Made by a program: the position numbers and the translations under genes
Part shown: piece after piece, positions 51,427 through 60,590 of the stretch
How positions within the stretch are numbered: the stretch's first letter is position 1
Layout: the number at the start of each line of letters is the position of its first letter
Notes under the pieces: model-generated
Told to the model about the DNA's origin: nothing
The model's database searches: none
What the model saw: the letters and a program-made list of their open reading frames with translations, nothing else
Origin: Verrucomicrobiota bacterium
Lineage (GTDB): Bacteria; Verrucomicrobiota; Verrucomicrobiia; Opitutales; Seribacteraceae
Assembly: GCA_027622665.1 (NCBI GenBank)
Contig: JAQBYT010000003.1
Coordinates: 128,001-192,000, forward strand
DNA length: 64,000 bases
Direction: 5' to 3'

Positions 51427-52490
51427 TCAAGCACGTTCGGAGGTTTCTTCGGCTTGAGTTTGGTCGTTGCGCCGGGCTTGGGTTTAGGGGGCGGCGGCAC
51501 TTTCGAACGACCCAAGTCATGGTGTCCCCAGTAGTAACTCCACCAATCACTAGAGCGGTGAGCGGGTTTCCATCCGGCGGGAAATTTTCTTTTGGATGAA
51601 ATTTCCCGAGCAGCCAAGTAAGTCGAAAAACTATCGGGAAAGACCTCGAACAAGAGATAACGATCGGTAGGTTTGAGAGAGGCCAAAGTTTTCATGTATG
51701 CGGAACCTGATTTACCCAAAGCCAATTCGTCTTCGCCCACGTTGGGACGGCGTTCCATGGTGAATCGTATAAGTTTGTCTCCCCCGGGAATCGCCGTGAG
51801 GCTAAAGAACGCGTTCCCGGGTTTCTTTTGACCGAAATGGGCAGCTAACTTCTTGCCATCGTACTCCCTATCTTTGTTCGGCTTTATTCCGGATTGGGCG
51901 ATGGCTTTATCGGCGCTTTTCCGCAAATTCGAATCGTCCAGAGGATAGATTTTTCCCTCCCTGCATAGAAACCGAAAGGGGGTAGCCTTTGGCGGAGCAG
52001 GCTTGGGGTCCGGCAAGTTGACGTCCTTGCTCAGACTTTTGGACGAGGGCTTTGGAGCCTTGGCCAACAAACCTTTTATTTTCTTTAGCTTCACTTCGAT
52101 TTTTTTCTTCTCGTCATCGACCTTTTTCTTCTCAGTTTGTAAGACTGTTGGATTCCCCAAACTTTTGGGTACTGAAGACTTAAGATCGGATAATTTTTTT
52201 TCCAACTTGGCGATCTCGCGGACAAACTGTTGATCCTCCTTGTTCTTTGCCGCCATTCCCAATTCCAATTTTTTCTTCTCTTCCAGCAACCCGTTTCGCT
52301 GATCTTCGAATTGCCGCATCGCCATCTCCATTAACTCATCGTAATTTTTCTCGTCCACGATGCGCTTGACCGCTGAATCAGCTCCGAGTTGCACAACGAT
52401 GAGCAAAATAATAAGGATACCAACGACCGTTGTCATCGTATCCAACAAGGAATCAAGGCTGCCTACCGCGTCTTTCTTTCTTTTTTTCAC
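51423..52490 (-). CDS. Single-TM ExbD/MotB-like partner with coiled coil (Asp-bearing)
   Basis: Basic N-terminus, SLDSLLDTMTTVVGILIILLIVV, coiled coil, Pro/Lys linker, C-terminal FEVFPDSF...A.E....GW.P domain; downstream of the ExbB-like gene. Confidence 0.7.
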   Translation of the reverse strand: MKKRKKDAVGSLDSLLDTMTTVVGILIILLIVVQLGADSAVKRIVDEKNYDELMEMAMRQFEDQRNGLLEEKKKLELGMAAKNKEDQQFVREIAKLEKKLSDLKSSVPKSLGNPTVLQTEKKKVDDEKKKIEVKLKKIKGLLAKAPKPSSKSLSKDVNLPDPKPAPPKATPFRFLCREGKIYPLDDSNLRKSADKAIAQSGIKPNKDREYDGKKLAAHFGQKKPGNAFFSLTAIPGGDKLIRFTMERRPNVGEDELALGKSGSAYMKTLASLKPTDRYLLFEVFPDSFSTYLAAREISSKRKFPAGWKPAHRSSDWWSYYWGHHDLGRSKVPPPPKPKPGATTKLKPKKPPNVLD

Positions 52491-53476
52491 GATCCCGAAA
52501 AGAGTGAAAGATCGATTTCACCCTCTCCATCAAGAGGGAGGTGCCCGAATCGGCAATCGTACTTCGCGCAAACTTGGGTGGCTTTATACCATGCAGCGAT
52601 ACCTTTGCTCCGCACCAAAAAGATCACGAAACGAGCTTCCGGATCAGGTCTATTAGCCTTGCGTGCCTCCTCGTATTTGCGAACGATCTGTCGAGATGCT
52701 GGTGACAATTGCAAGGCAGGGAACCGCAGAATCTTTCCCTTTTTGTCTTTGAGTGTAATCGTGCTGCCATCTCGCTTTATGAACTGAGCGTCCATCTTAC
52801 TTCCTTTGGCACTTTGCCAACTTCGATACGGTGCTTCCTTCGCCAGCATCTTAACCAATTTCTGCAGCTTAGGGTTGTTCGAAATTTCCGATGTTTTCAC
52901 CTCGTAAGCAATGTCTTTGCCTTCATACACACGTATCCCAATGTCACGGCACTCTATAAACGTAGGCTCCAAATCGCCCCCCACCCCTGATCCACTCTGC
53001 TTAACTACCATAGTCTCGAATTCATTTGGATCCTTCATCAGGTCCCACTCCTCCTCGGCTTCATCAAAGTTTTCGGTCAATATTGCGATTTCCGCCGACA
53101 CCTTCTGACTCTCCGCCTTCAATGCAGTAGATTTTTTGTTTTGCTGCAAAACGGCTGACTTCTTTTTTTCAATCGCAGCTATTTCGACAACAAGCTTCTC
53201 CTTTTTCGCCGGATCAATTTTTTTCGTTGGATTTGCTCGAATAGACTTAATCTCATTGCGAATCTTTTCGATGATCGCCTTTTGTTCATCCATTTTCTTC
53301 TGAAATTCCTCGTCCTCCTCCAACGCAGTCTCGATTTTTTCGTTAACCGCTTCCGGATCGATTTGAGCTATCACGACAGCCGTAATCATCAAAGTGAGGA
53401 TTCCCAAAACGCATGCCAGGATGCTGAGGAAGGGGAAAAGCGAGACCTGCAGGTCGTTGTTTTTTTTCTTCTTCAA
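52487..53476 (-). CDS. Single-TM ExbD-like partner with coiled coil and inserted SHD1-like domain
   Basis: VSLFPFLSILACVLGILTLMI (no Asp); coiled coil; RSWQSAKGSKMDAQF...ITLKDKKGKILRFPALQLSPASRQIV (SHD1-like); C-terminal FLVRSKG...FGHLP. Confidence 0.7.
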   Translation of the reverse strand: MKKKKNNDLQVSLFPFLSILACVLGILTLMITAVVIAQIDPEAVNEKIETALEEDEEFQKKMDEQKAIIEKIRNEIKSIRANPTKKIDPAKKEKLVVEIAAIEKKKSAVLQQNKKSTALKAESQKVSAEIAILTENFDEAEEEWDLMKDPNEFETMVVKQSGSGVGGDLEPTFIECRDIGIRVYEGKDIAYEVKTSEISNNPKLQKLVKMLAKEAPYRSWQSAKGSKMDAQFIKRDGSTITLKDKKGKILRFPALQLSPASRQIVRKYEEARKANRPDPEARFVIFLVRSKGIAAWYKATQVCAKYDCRFGHLPLDGEGEIDLSLFSGS

Positions 53477-53499
53477 GGTTACGGCTCCATAAACGTCAC

Positions 53500-54567
53500 C
53501 TAACTCCGTTGGTCTGCCTTCGGTTCATTCGCCGACTCAACCCCCGCGATGGCGGCATAATGATGTGCGACGTGAGTCATTTGCTCCGCAACGTAAGTCT
53601 GTGACTCCTGAACTTGGACAAGATATGCCTGCAGGTTCTCGATGCGTTGCAGGAGGGCGGAAGGATCGCCGGAAGCATGAACTGAATCGGTTGGTTCGCG
53701 GAGACGCTTTAGAAAGTACTCGTTACAATACTCGTCCACCTTATTGAGCAGATCCTCTTCGGCTTTTTGCATCATACTAGTCGGAAACATCACGAACAAG
53801 CTGAAAACGAGCGACACCAAGGTGGTATCAAATGCTTCGCTCAAGCCACCCGTGACTTGACCTAATTTCTCCTTGATGACTGCAATATCGGCGGCAGCGC
53901 CCATCTCGCCGCCAAAACTTGAGACTGCATCACTAATACCAAGAACGGTACCAATGAATCCAAGTATCGGAATAGCCCAGATGAACACCTTGATAATAAC
54001 GTAACTGGACTCGACCATAGTCGCGTCGATCTCGGATTGAGAAGACAGCACGTCCGCCGTTTCCGAATGATTTCGCCGTACTCGAAAGTGTTCCAATCCC
54101 CTTAGGATTCGAGTGATAAGGAAGCTTTCCTTAGGATCGAAACCTAAACGCTTAACATGAGCCTCGAAATGCGAGAGGTTTTCAATTCGGATATCTTCGG
54201 ATATTTCTTCCGGCAAAACCTTGAACTGGATGACACTCAACTGATTCATCAGCTTACGCCGCTTAAACCAGAGGATAGCGAACGACCAGCAGGCCAAGTA
54301 AGTGAGAACGAAAGGGACCCAACCTCGGTCATAAAAATAAAGATAAATCACGTTTGTGCTCTCGGAGATATGGAACACCAAAATGAAAAGGTAGAACGCA
54401 ATGCCCAATGCGAGCCCAAGCAATGCAGCCTTGGCCATCGGAACGGATGTGGCGGAAGCGTTGTCGAACTTACCCATTTCGCCGGCGCTTCGCTGCATCA
54501 CGTTGATTTGGGTGAACTTGTCCTTGTCCACCGCAATTTTACGGACTGTTCCTTTTTGCTGAGCCAT
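53500..54567 (-). CDS. MotA/TolQ/ExbB proton channel family protein
   Basis: Four TM segments; WAIPILGFIGTVLGI and GGLSEAFDTTLVSL; start at MAQQ (54567). Confidence 0.9.
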   Translation of the reverse strand: MAQQKGTVRKIAVDKDKFTQINVMQRSAGEMGKFDNASATSVPMAKAALLGLALGIAFYLFILVFHISESTNVIYLYFYDRGWVPFVLTYLACWSFAILWFKRRKLMNQLSVIQFKVLPEEISEDIRIENLSHFEAHVKRLGFDPKESFLITRILRGLEHFRVRRNHSETADVLSSQSEIDATMVESSYVIIKVFIWAIPILGFIGTVLGISDAVSSFGGEMGAAADIAVIKEKLGQVTGGLSEAFDTTLVSLVFSLFVMFPTSMMQKAEEDLLNKVDEYCNEYFLKRLREPTDSVHASGDPSALLQRIENLQAYLVQVQESQTYVAEQMTHVAHHYAAIAGVESANEPKADQRS

Positions 54568-54630
54568 AAAAACAATTATTTGGAATAAAGATATTGCCTT
54601 CAACTCGAAAGACCGCAAAAGAACAGCCTT

Positions 54631-54659
54631 TTGTCTTTCTAGTGAAATTTAAATAAACT
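54631..54659 (+). promoter_or_regulatory. Candidate sigma70-type promoter
   Basis: TTGTCT-N17-TAAACT upstream of 54674. Confidence 0.35.
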
Positions 54660-54673
54660 TTATCTTCTGATCA

Positions 54674-55198
54674 ATGGTGGAACTAACAATGAACAAAGAC
54701 GGAAAACCGCGCAAGAAGGGAAGCGGCAAGACAATAGGTGCTGGTTGCTATGCCAAAATACCGTGGTCCGACCTGAAAAAATTCATTGGATCCGAGGTTT
54801 CCATCCCAGTCAGTAGAGTGTGGCTGCGAAACCTGAATGCCGATCTGGACAAGTATGTAGACCAGTCACCAAATTCTTTGCCTGAGCCTAGCGTTGACGA
54901 AAGCCTTCCACCATCTACCGGCACCGCAGAAACGTTGCCCGACTCCACGCCGGAGGTGCCGACAGAGTTAGAAGAAATCGTAGCCATTTCTGAATCGGAG
55001 CCGCTGAAATCTGATGATTCGTCCGATTTCGCAGAAACAGAGATTCCATCAGTTCCCGAACTAGGTCCTGAAGAAACTAAAGACACTCCGGAGGAGGAGG
55101 ATTCTCAGCACAAAGCGAAGGACGAAAACGAAGAGATTGCCACGGGGAATTCATTAGCTGGAATCGCCTATCGTTACTCCCAGAACTTCGATCTATAA
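54674..55198 (+). CDS. Hypothetical protein: small basic N-terminal domain plus acidic disordered tail
   Basis: KPRKKGSGKTIGAGCYAKIPWSDL...IPVSRVWL followed by an E/D/S/P-rich tail. Confidence 0.75.
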   Translation: MVELTMNKDGKPRKKGSGKTIGAGCYAKIPWSDLKKFIGSEVSIPVSRVWLRNLNADLDKYVDQSPNSLPEPSVDESLPPSTGTAETLPDSTPEVPTELEEIVAISESEPLKSDDSSDFAETEIPSVPELGPEETKDTPEEEDSQHKAKDENEEIATGNSLAGIAYRYSQNFDL

Positions 55199-55233
55199 GC
55201 CCCGATGGGATTATAAGATCGGGGCAAAAAACG

Positions 55234-56289
55234 CTAAGGTTTTACTGCAGGCCCGAAAGGATCGGCTGGTAAAGGTGGCTCACCTCCGGGAACAGGCATA
55301 GGCACAGGACCACCGGGTGCAGGTGCAAAAGGATTTGCTTCAATGGGTGCGGGGCTGGCAGGGTCAGGAGCAGGTCCGCCAGGTGCAGGGGCAAAAGGAT
55401 TTGCGTCAATGGGCGCGGGGACGGCAGGGTCAGGAGCAGGTCCACCAGGTTCAGGTGCAAAAGGGTTGGCCGGCATGGGGAAGTTTCCTCCTCCGGGAAC
55501 CATTGGCGGCACACCGCCAGGATCAAGAGGTGGTGCAAGAGGTTGCCCCATGACAGGGAGACCCAAACCAGGAGGAACTCCGGGATCGGGATTAGGAACC
55601 GCCACAGGACCACCACCGGGAAATGGAGCCGCCGGCATAGCCGTACCCGGAAGAGGAGCAGAGGGAACTGCCCCTGGCAAAGGGGTGAAAGGCGAGGGAG
55701 TGGCAATTACTCCCGATCCTACGCCCGAGGGGGGAAGTTCGAAGGGTGCCATTTCCGGAGTTCCATCGGCCACAGGGAAGGGTTCGGGCGAAAAGGGAGC
55801 TGGTTCCGGCGCAAAGGGAGCTGGTTCCGGTACTGAGGAAATGACCGGATTGGGAGAAAAAGGCTCCGATGAAGGTTCAAACGTTGGAGCGGGAAAAGCG
55901 GAAGCGGGAACGAATGAGTTGTCGCCAGGTCGCGAAGCAGGTTCAGGTTTCTCTGCTTTAACTACATCGGTTTCGGGATTAGCCTCCAAGTCCTCGACCT
56001 TGACGTTCCGTACCCACCAGTCACGAAAAACTATGGATCCGTCTTCCTTATATTCTTGAACGGCTCCCCAACGAGTCCCTTTGTGTACAGGAATAAGAAG
56101 GCGACGATCGTGATCGTACGTGTGTCGAGCCATCCACGATTTCTCTACGGCCGCAACCCTGTAAGGAGATGCAAAACCAGGAGCACGAGCACCGCGATAC
56201 TCAGCAACCGAGCGACACGAACCAAGAAAGAAGGTAAAGCTCAGGAGACATGACAACCCGAGGAATAGTGATAACCTTATCGAGTTCAT
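55234..56289 (-). CDS. Lipoprotein with short WxARxxYD domain and long Pro-rich xPF tail
   Basis: MNSIRL...FFLGSC lipobox; WMARHTYDHDRRLLI...EDGSIVFRDWW; 11 xPF motifs including 3 NPF and 1 DPF. Confidence 0.8.
   Translation of the reverse strand: MNSIRLSLFLGLSCLLSFTFFLGSCRSVAEYRGARAPGFASPYRVAAVEKSWMARHTYDHDRRLLIPVHKGTRWGAVQEYKEDGSIVFRDWWVRNVKVEDLEANPETDVVKAEKPEPASRPGDNSFVPASAFPAPTFEPSSEPFSPNPVISSVPEPAPFAPEPAPFSPEPFPVADGTPEMAPFELPPSGVGSGVIATPSPFTPLPGAVPSAPLPGTAMPAAPFPGGGPVAVPNPDPGVPPGLGLPVMGQPLAPPLDPGGVPPMVPGGGNFPMPANPFAPEPGGPAPDPAVPAPIDANPFAPAPGGPAPDPASPAPIEANPFAPAPGGPVPMPVPGGEPPLPADPFGPAVKP
55307..55470 (-). repeat. Imperfect 66-nt intragenic tandem repeat (about 2.5 copies)
   Basis: Encodes ANPFAP(E/A)PGGPAPDPA(V/S)PAPI(D/E) units. 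Confidence 0.85.
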
Positions 56290-56350
56290 GTAATAACAAA
56301 AAGGCATCTAAGCCCAACAAGCAAGCGAGGAGTGAGCGAGGGATGGGGAT

Positions 56351-56851
56351 TCACCTTACACTTGAAAGGAGTTTGAGTTTGTTCGAACTCATACTGAAGC
56401 ATTCGATTTCACCATTTTGCAGATTACAACGGTAAATCCAGCGCTCGTTAACATCGCAAATAAACTGGAATTGGGGAGGTTCCGGAAGTTTCTGCGTCTT
56501 GAGGTTATCCGATATCGTTTGGAAAATAATGGAGTGAATGCGGTCGTAGTTGATTTTTTCCTGTTTGCCGATGGCTTCCTCAATGTCTCCGCGCACATCA
56601 TTCAGACTTTCATGAACGACTCCCGAAAGTCTATCGTAATCGATCTCCGTCAATGGTAGCGAGGACAGAGCGTTCAAGATCTCTTTATTAAAATGAGGCG
56701 ACTCGCTTGTCGCAGTCACAACAGAGGATAAATCAGGGGGACCCCCGGACGATGAAACCGAAACTTGACCGGTATCCGATGCACTCGAGTCGCCTGACTC
56801 AAAACAGCCGCTGATTAGAAAAACAATGAGGAGCGGGAAAGAAATTTTCAT
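56351..56851 (-). CDS. Hypothetical lipoprotein
   Basis: MKISFPLLIVFLISGC lipobox; two internal I(D/N)YDR helices; Cys-containing C-terminal beta segment. Confidence 0.78.
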   Translation of the reverse strand: MKISFPLLIVFLISGCFESGDSSASDTGQVSVSSSGGPPDLSSVVTATSESPHFNKEILNALSSLPLTEIDYDRLSGVVHESLNDVRGDIEEAIGKQEKINYDRIHSIIFQTISDNLKTQKLPEPPQFQFICDVNERWIYRCNLQNGEIECFSMSSNKLKLLSSVR

Positions 56852-56993
56852 AGCGAGAGGAAAATGTTTGACGATTCAAGCGATGAATCTGTGATTCAAA
56901 GAAAACCGAGATGGGTATAAGGTCAAGCTTGAGGTGCGGTTTCAATTGGTTTCGAGCTTGCCCTTCGCGTATCCGGAATTTGCATGTCGAATC

Positions 56994-57980
56994 ATGAAAG
57001 AACATATACGCTGGGGAATCCTAGGCACTGGTCGCATTGCCAATGCCTTTGCAGAAGGACTCTCCGTCCTTACCGATGCTGAACTGAAGGCCGTGGGTTC
57101 GCGAAATCCCGAGACTGCCATAGCTTTTGCCCAAAAGTGGCAGATTGCCAATCGTCACGCTTCCTACGAATCCTTAGCGTCCGACCAAGAAATAGACGCA
57201 GTCTACATAGCGACACCCCACACGGAGCATGCCTCAAATACCGTAATGTGCATAGAAGCAGGCAAAGCCGTTCTTTGCGAAAAACCGATGGCCGTAAATT
57301 CACAGCAGGTTCGGCGCATGGTCGATATCGCTCGAACCAACAAAACATTGTTGATGGAGGGGATGTGGTCACGGTTTCCACCTGGAATGGCGAAGGTTCG
57401 TGAACTCGTTGCCAACGGAACCTTGGGAAAACTTCGCTCCCTACAGGCCGATTTCGGCTTTAAGGCCAAGAATCGCGACCCACAAGGCAGATTGCTAAAC
57501 CTGGAATTGGCAGGTGGTTCACTTCTGGATATTGGTATTTATCCGATATCCCTATCCTCCATGCTCTTTGGCAAACCGGAAAAAATCGTCACCACTTGGC
57601 ACAAAGGCGAAACAGGAGTGGACGAGCAAGCGGCATATATCTTTCGGCACGCCGAAGGAGCACTTTCTATCATGCATTCTTCTTTTGAGGCACAAACCTC
57701 TCAGGAAACAGTAATTGCAGGCAGCGAAGCGAAGCTAAAAATCTCAAAGCAGTGCTGGCGTCCCCAAGAATTAATCTTAACGCGCAATGACGAATCGGAG
57801 GAATGTTTCTCCCTACCCTTTTCTGGTAACGGTTTTAACTATGAAGCCGCCGCATTCATGGAATTGATGCGAAATGGCAAATGGGAAAGCGACGTAATGC
57901 CCCTCGATGAAAGCATTTCAATAATGGAGACCTTGGACGAAATCCGCGACCAATGGGGATTACGCTACCCTTTTGAATAA
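56994..57980 (+). CDS. Gfo/Idh/MocA family oxidoreductase
   Basis: WGILGTGRIA, YIATPH, VLCEKP, GGSLLDIGIY; start at MKEH (56994). Confidence 0.94.
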   Translation: MKEHIRWGILGTGRIANAFAEGLSVLTDAELKAVGSRNPETAIAFAQKWQIANRHASYESLASDQEIDAVYIATPHTEHASNTVMCIEAGKAVLCEKPMAVNSQQVRRMVDIARTNKTLLMEGMWSRFPPGMAKVRELVANGTLGKLRSLQADFGFKAKNRDPQGRLLNLELAGGSLLDIGIYPISLSSMLFGKPEKIVTTWHKGETGVDEQAAYIFRHAEGALSIMHSSFEAQTSQETVIAGSEAKLKISKQCWRPQELILTRNDESEECFSLPFSGNGFNYEAAAFMELMRNGKWESDVMPLDESISIMETLDEIRDQWGLRYPFE

Positions 57981-57987
57981 AATAGCC

Positions 57988-58731
57988 TCATTCCCCACCC
58001 TTCCCATCGGGCCTTGCATACCAAAAGCTGCAAAAGCGTTTGGACCTTAAAACAAACGGAAAAATCATCGGCAATAGAATCACGCCGAATATCCTAGCTT
58101 TGGAATGCCAAAACAGCTTGCGAGAAGAAGTCACAACAGGATGACACTTCAGTATCCGGAAGATGTAACCGCTCTTTCGACACCACCTTTTAAGAGCCAT
58201 GGATAGAAAAATTTCCTCCCCTGCAAATACTTTCTCGGAAAATCCACCTATGGACTCAAAGGCTTCCCGGCGACAAAAGATAAAGCTCCCGGCAGCCATA
58301 CGAAAAAATCGTGAAACTAAGTTCCAAAAAATTGCAAAGAAGTGATTCGACGAGCCTTCCGGCAGTTTAGAATCGAAGCGTAGTGTAGAACCTCCCGCCC
58401 CGACGTCGCCGTCGATCATGAAAGTCAGGCTCTGTTTAAGTAATGGGTGAGGTACAATTGTGTCTGCATCCACAAAAAACAAGTATTTGCCTTTCGCTTC
58501 TCGAGCACCGGCATTTCGGGCCCTGGAAATTTGATTGATCGGCTCAAAAACTACGCGAGCTCCGGCGGCAATAGCGATCTTGGGCGTACGATCCACGGAA
58601 TTGTTGTCGACTACAATCATTTCTCCGGCGATTGGCAATAACTCGTCCATACCGCGTCGAACCTCGGCAATGGTATCCGCAAGAAGAGCTTCCTCATTGT
58701 AGGCTGGAATAATTACCGAGTAACTGATCAT
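57988..58731 (-). CDS. Glycosyltransferase family 2
   Basis: SVIIPAYNEE, VVDNNS.D, ARNAGA, FVDADT, GGF, TSSRK. Confidence 0.93.
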   Translation of the reverse strand: MISYSVIIPAYNEEALLADTIAEVRRGMDELLPIAGEMIVVDNNSVDRTPKIAIAAGARVVFEPINQISRARNAGAREAKGKYLFFVDADTIVPHPLLKQSLTFMIDGDVGAGGSTLRFDSKLPEGSSNHFFAIFWNLVSRFFRMAAGSFIFCRREAFESIGGFSEKVFAGEEIFLSMALKRWCRKSGYIFRILKCHPVVTSSRKLFWHSKARIFGVILLPMIFPFVLRSKRFCSFWYARPDGKGGE

Positions 58732-58919
58732 AGAGATATCTCTAACGCTTATCCGGATTTACCATCTCTGAGAAATAAATCAGTAGGATTTCGGCAATAA
58801 TTATAACGACCAAGTAATCCTAACGGGTGCATCCAAGGGCAACTGCCAAGAGAACCGAATAATGTCGGCGAACAAATAAACCTATTTCAACTTCTTCGAA
58901 ATCGGCTCACGAAAGCCAT

Positions 58920-59558
58920 TCAAGTCTTGCTGAAACGCTTGGCCCTTCTTGGGACTCCAAAGGCAAGCCCGACCTGCCAACCTTCCAGGCGGGCATTGGG
59001 TCGGCGGCCATATAGATCGCAATCACCCTCGGGCTGAAGAAGCTTGTCACCTTTCACGTCCGCTGCGATTTCCGCCAAGGTAGGTACCGGATATCCTCGT
59101 TTGGCAAGACCATCTCGAAGAAAAGCGATACGATCCAACTCGGCTTGAGCCGCAAGATTAGCGAGAGATCGGCGGAAATCCGCAACTTCGCCCTCTACAG
59201 CGGGTGCGGAGGCAACCGATTCCGCCGGCAACTCATAAGAGTGAGCAGCTGCAGGTTCCAATTCCTCAGATTCCGTAGGGTCCTGCCCATTGTCGCCCTC
59301 GGCAGTGAAACTCTCTTCAAAGTCATCCATCGAAAAAGGTTCTTCCTCACTGTCAACACCATCCTCTGCGGTCGGATGGATAATCCCTTCCACAGTCGCC
59401 GATGAAGCGCCTGCACCCAAGTCGTCTGGTTCCGCGACTTCAGGATCGGCCATGATGTCGGCGAGTTCCTCGTCTGAATTAGATGTAGGATCTTCCTGCA
59501 CTTCGAAAATTTTGTCGGTTTCGGGCGGTAGACCCGTGGAGTCGGGCTGGGGGTCCAT
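58920..59558 (-). CDS. Hypothetical protein, acidic disordered N-terminus and small basic C-terminal domain
   Basis: Open 212-aa frame filling the intergenic space; D/E-rich then helical. Confidence 0.7.
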   Translation of the reverse strand: MDPQPDSTGLPPETDKIFEVQEDPTSNSDEELADIMADPEVAEPDDLGAGASSATVEGIIHPTAEDGVDSEEEPFSMDDFEESFTAEGDNGQDPTESEELEPAAAHSYELPAESVASAPAVEGEVADFRRSLANLAAQAELDRIAFLRDGLAKRGYPVPTLAEIAADVKGDKLLQPEGDCDLYGRRPNARLEGWQVGLAFGVPRRAKRFSKT

Positions 59559-59636
59559 GAAATCAAACTTTTACCGGAGAAAGAAAAGTGGCAAGTGAAA
59601 AGTGAGAGGACAACGCTAGGTTGGGACTGAAATTAT

Positions 59637-60590
59637 TTAGGAATCGGTAGCTACGCCATCGGATGACGTATTGGATTCAGGGGCTGAGTCGTCTTCCTTG
59701 TCAAGCGTGCCCCCCTCCTCTGGTGTCGAATCCCCGGAACGCTCGATTTCTATCTGTTCATCAGCCTTAAGGAATACATTGGGTTCTCCGAAGCCGGGGA
59801 TTTCCTCCGCAAAGCAGTAATTAGACTGCACGAGAGTGGCACGAAGGCGTCTAGAACGACGACTGGGGGCGTTTGGGGCAGTCCGACGGACAAGGAACTC
59901 CATTCCCTTCTTGATGCCATCCTGATAGCCAACGGGTAAAAACACACCGGCTCCCGAAGGTCTGGCATTCGTCACGGTGACGTTCAATTTATCGGCATAA
60001 TAAATCCAAGGCGGGGTCTTAATGCTGTCTCGATAAAATTTTTCTCGGTCTCGAAAATCGACGAGAATTTGTTCGCGGGCAAAAATAAGTTTGTCGAGCT
60101 TGGACTGAAGGGTTTGGGTTTCCTTTTGGACACCCGCCAATTCCACCTCCAAGCCTTTGCGCGTGGCAGCAATTCCATCTGCATCGGTCTTCAATGGCCC
60201 CAACCGTGCATTGACTTCGGCAAGCTTGGACTGAGCGTCCAGACGCGAAGGAACCAATCCCTCGCTCTGCGTTTCGGCTTCCTTGAACTCTTCAGCCACC
60301 TTGGCGAGCTCACTTTTCAGGTAATCAATTTTTTCTTTGGTTTCCTTAAAGGCGCCTTGGGCCTCATCGATGGCTTCCCTATGTTCACTGATTTCACGAA
60401 AAACAGCTGCAAGGGCAAGCTTGGAGGCATTCTCGTCTACAACCATCTCCTTCTTCAGGTTCTCAATGGAATCTTCACGATCTGCACGACGTTCTTCTTT
60501 TTCGGCAACGATGCCCGGAACAATCGCAAAGGCGATTCCGGCCAAAAGGGTAAGCCCCCATGCAAAAAATCTAGAGATTTGTGATTTCAA
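59637..60590 (-). CDS. Membrane-anchored coiled-coil protein with C-terminal beta domain
   Basis: TM FFAWGLTLLAGIAFAIV; long coiled coil; PPWI...GVFLPVGYQDGIKKGMEFLV; start uncertain (TTG 60590 or 60626). Confidence 0.75.
   Translation of the reverse strand: MKSQISRFFAWGLTLLAGIAFAIVPGIVAEKEERRADREDSIENLKKEMVVDENASKLALAAVFREISEHREAIDEAQGAFKETKEKIDYLKSELAKVAEEFKEAETQSEGLVPSRLDAQSKLAEVNARLGPLKTDADGIAATRKGLEVELAGVQKETQTLQSKLDKLIFAREQILVDFRDREKFYRDSIKTPPWIYYADKLNVTVTNARPSGAGVFLPVGYQDGIKKGMEFLVRRTAPNAPSRRSRRLRATLVQSNYCFAEEIPGFGEPNVFLKADEQIEIERSGDSTPEEGGTLDKEDDSAPESNTSSDGVATDS

Noticed and set aside
51423..54567. Zorya or flagellar stator interpretation
   Set aside because: No OmpA-like peptidoglycan-binding domain, no long ZorA tail, no ZorC/D/E or flagellar genes nearby
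55199..55231. Hairpin between convergent genes
   Set aside because: 8-bp stem, but the A/T tract is on the wrong side for a clear intrinsic terminator
55307..55470. CRISPR-like repeat
   Set aside because: In-frame coding repeat with no unique spacers and no cas genes
58732..58919. 188-nt intergenic region as ncRNA (e.g. 6S)
   Set aside because: Only short local hairpins; no long end-to-end pairing found by eye
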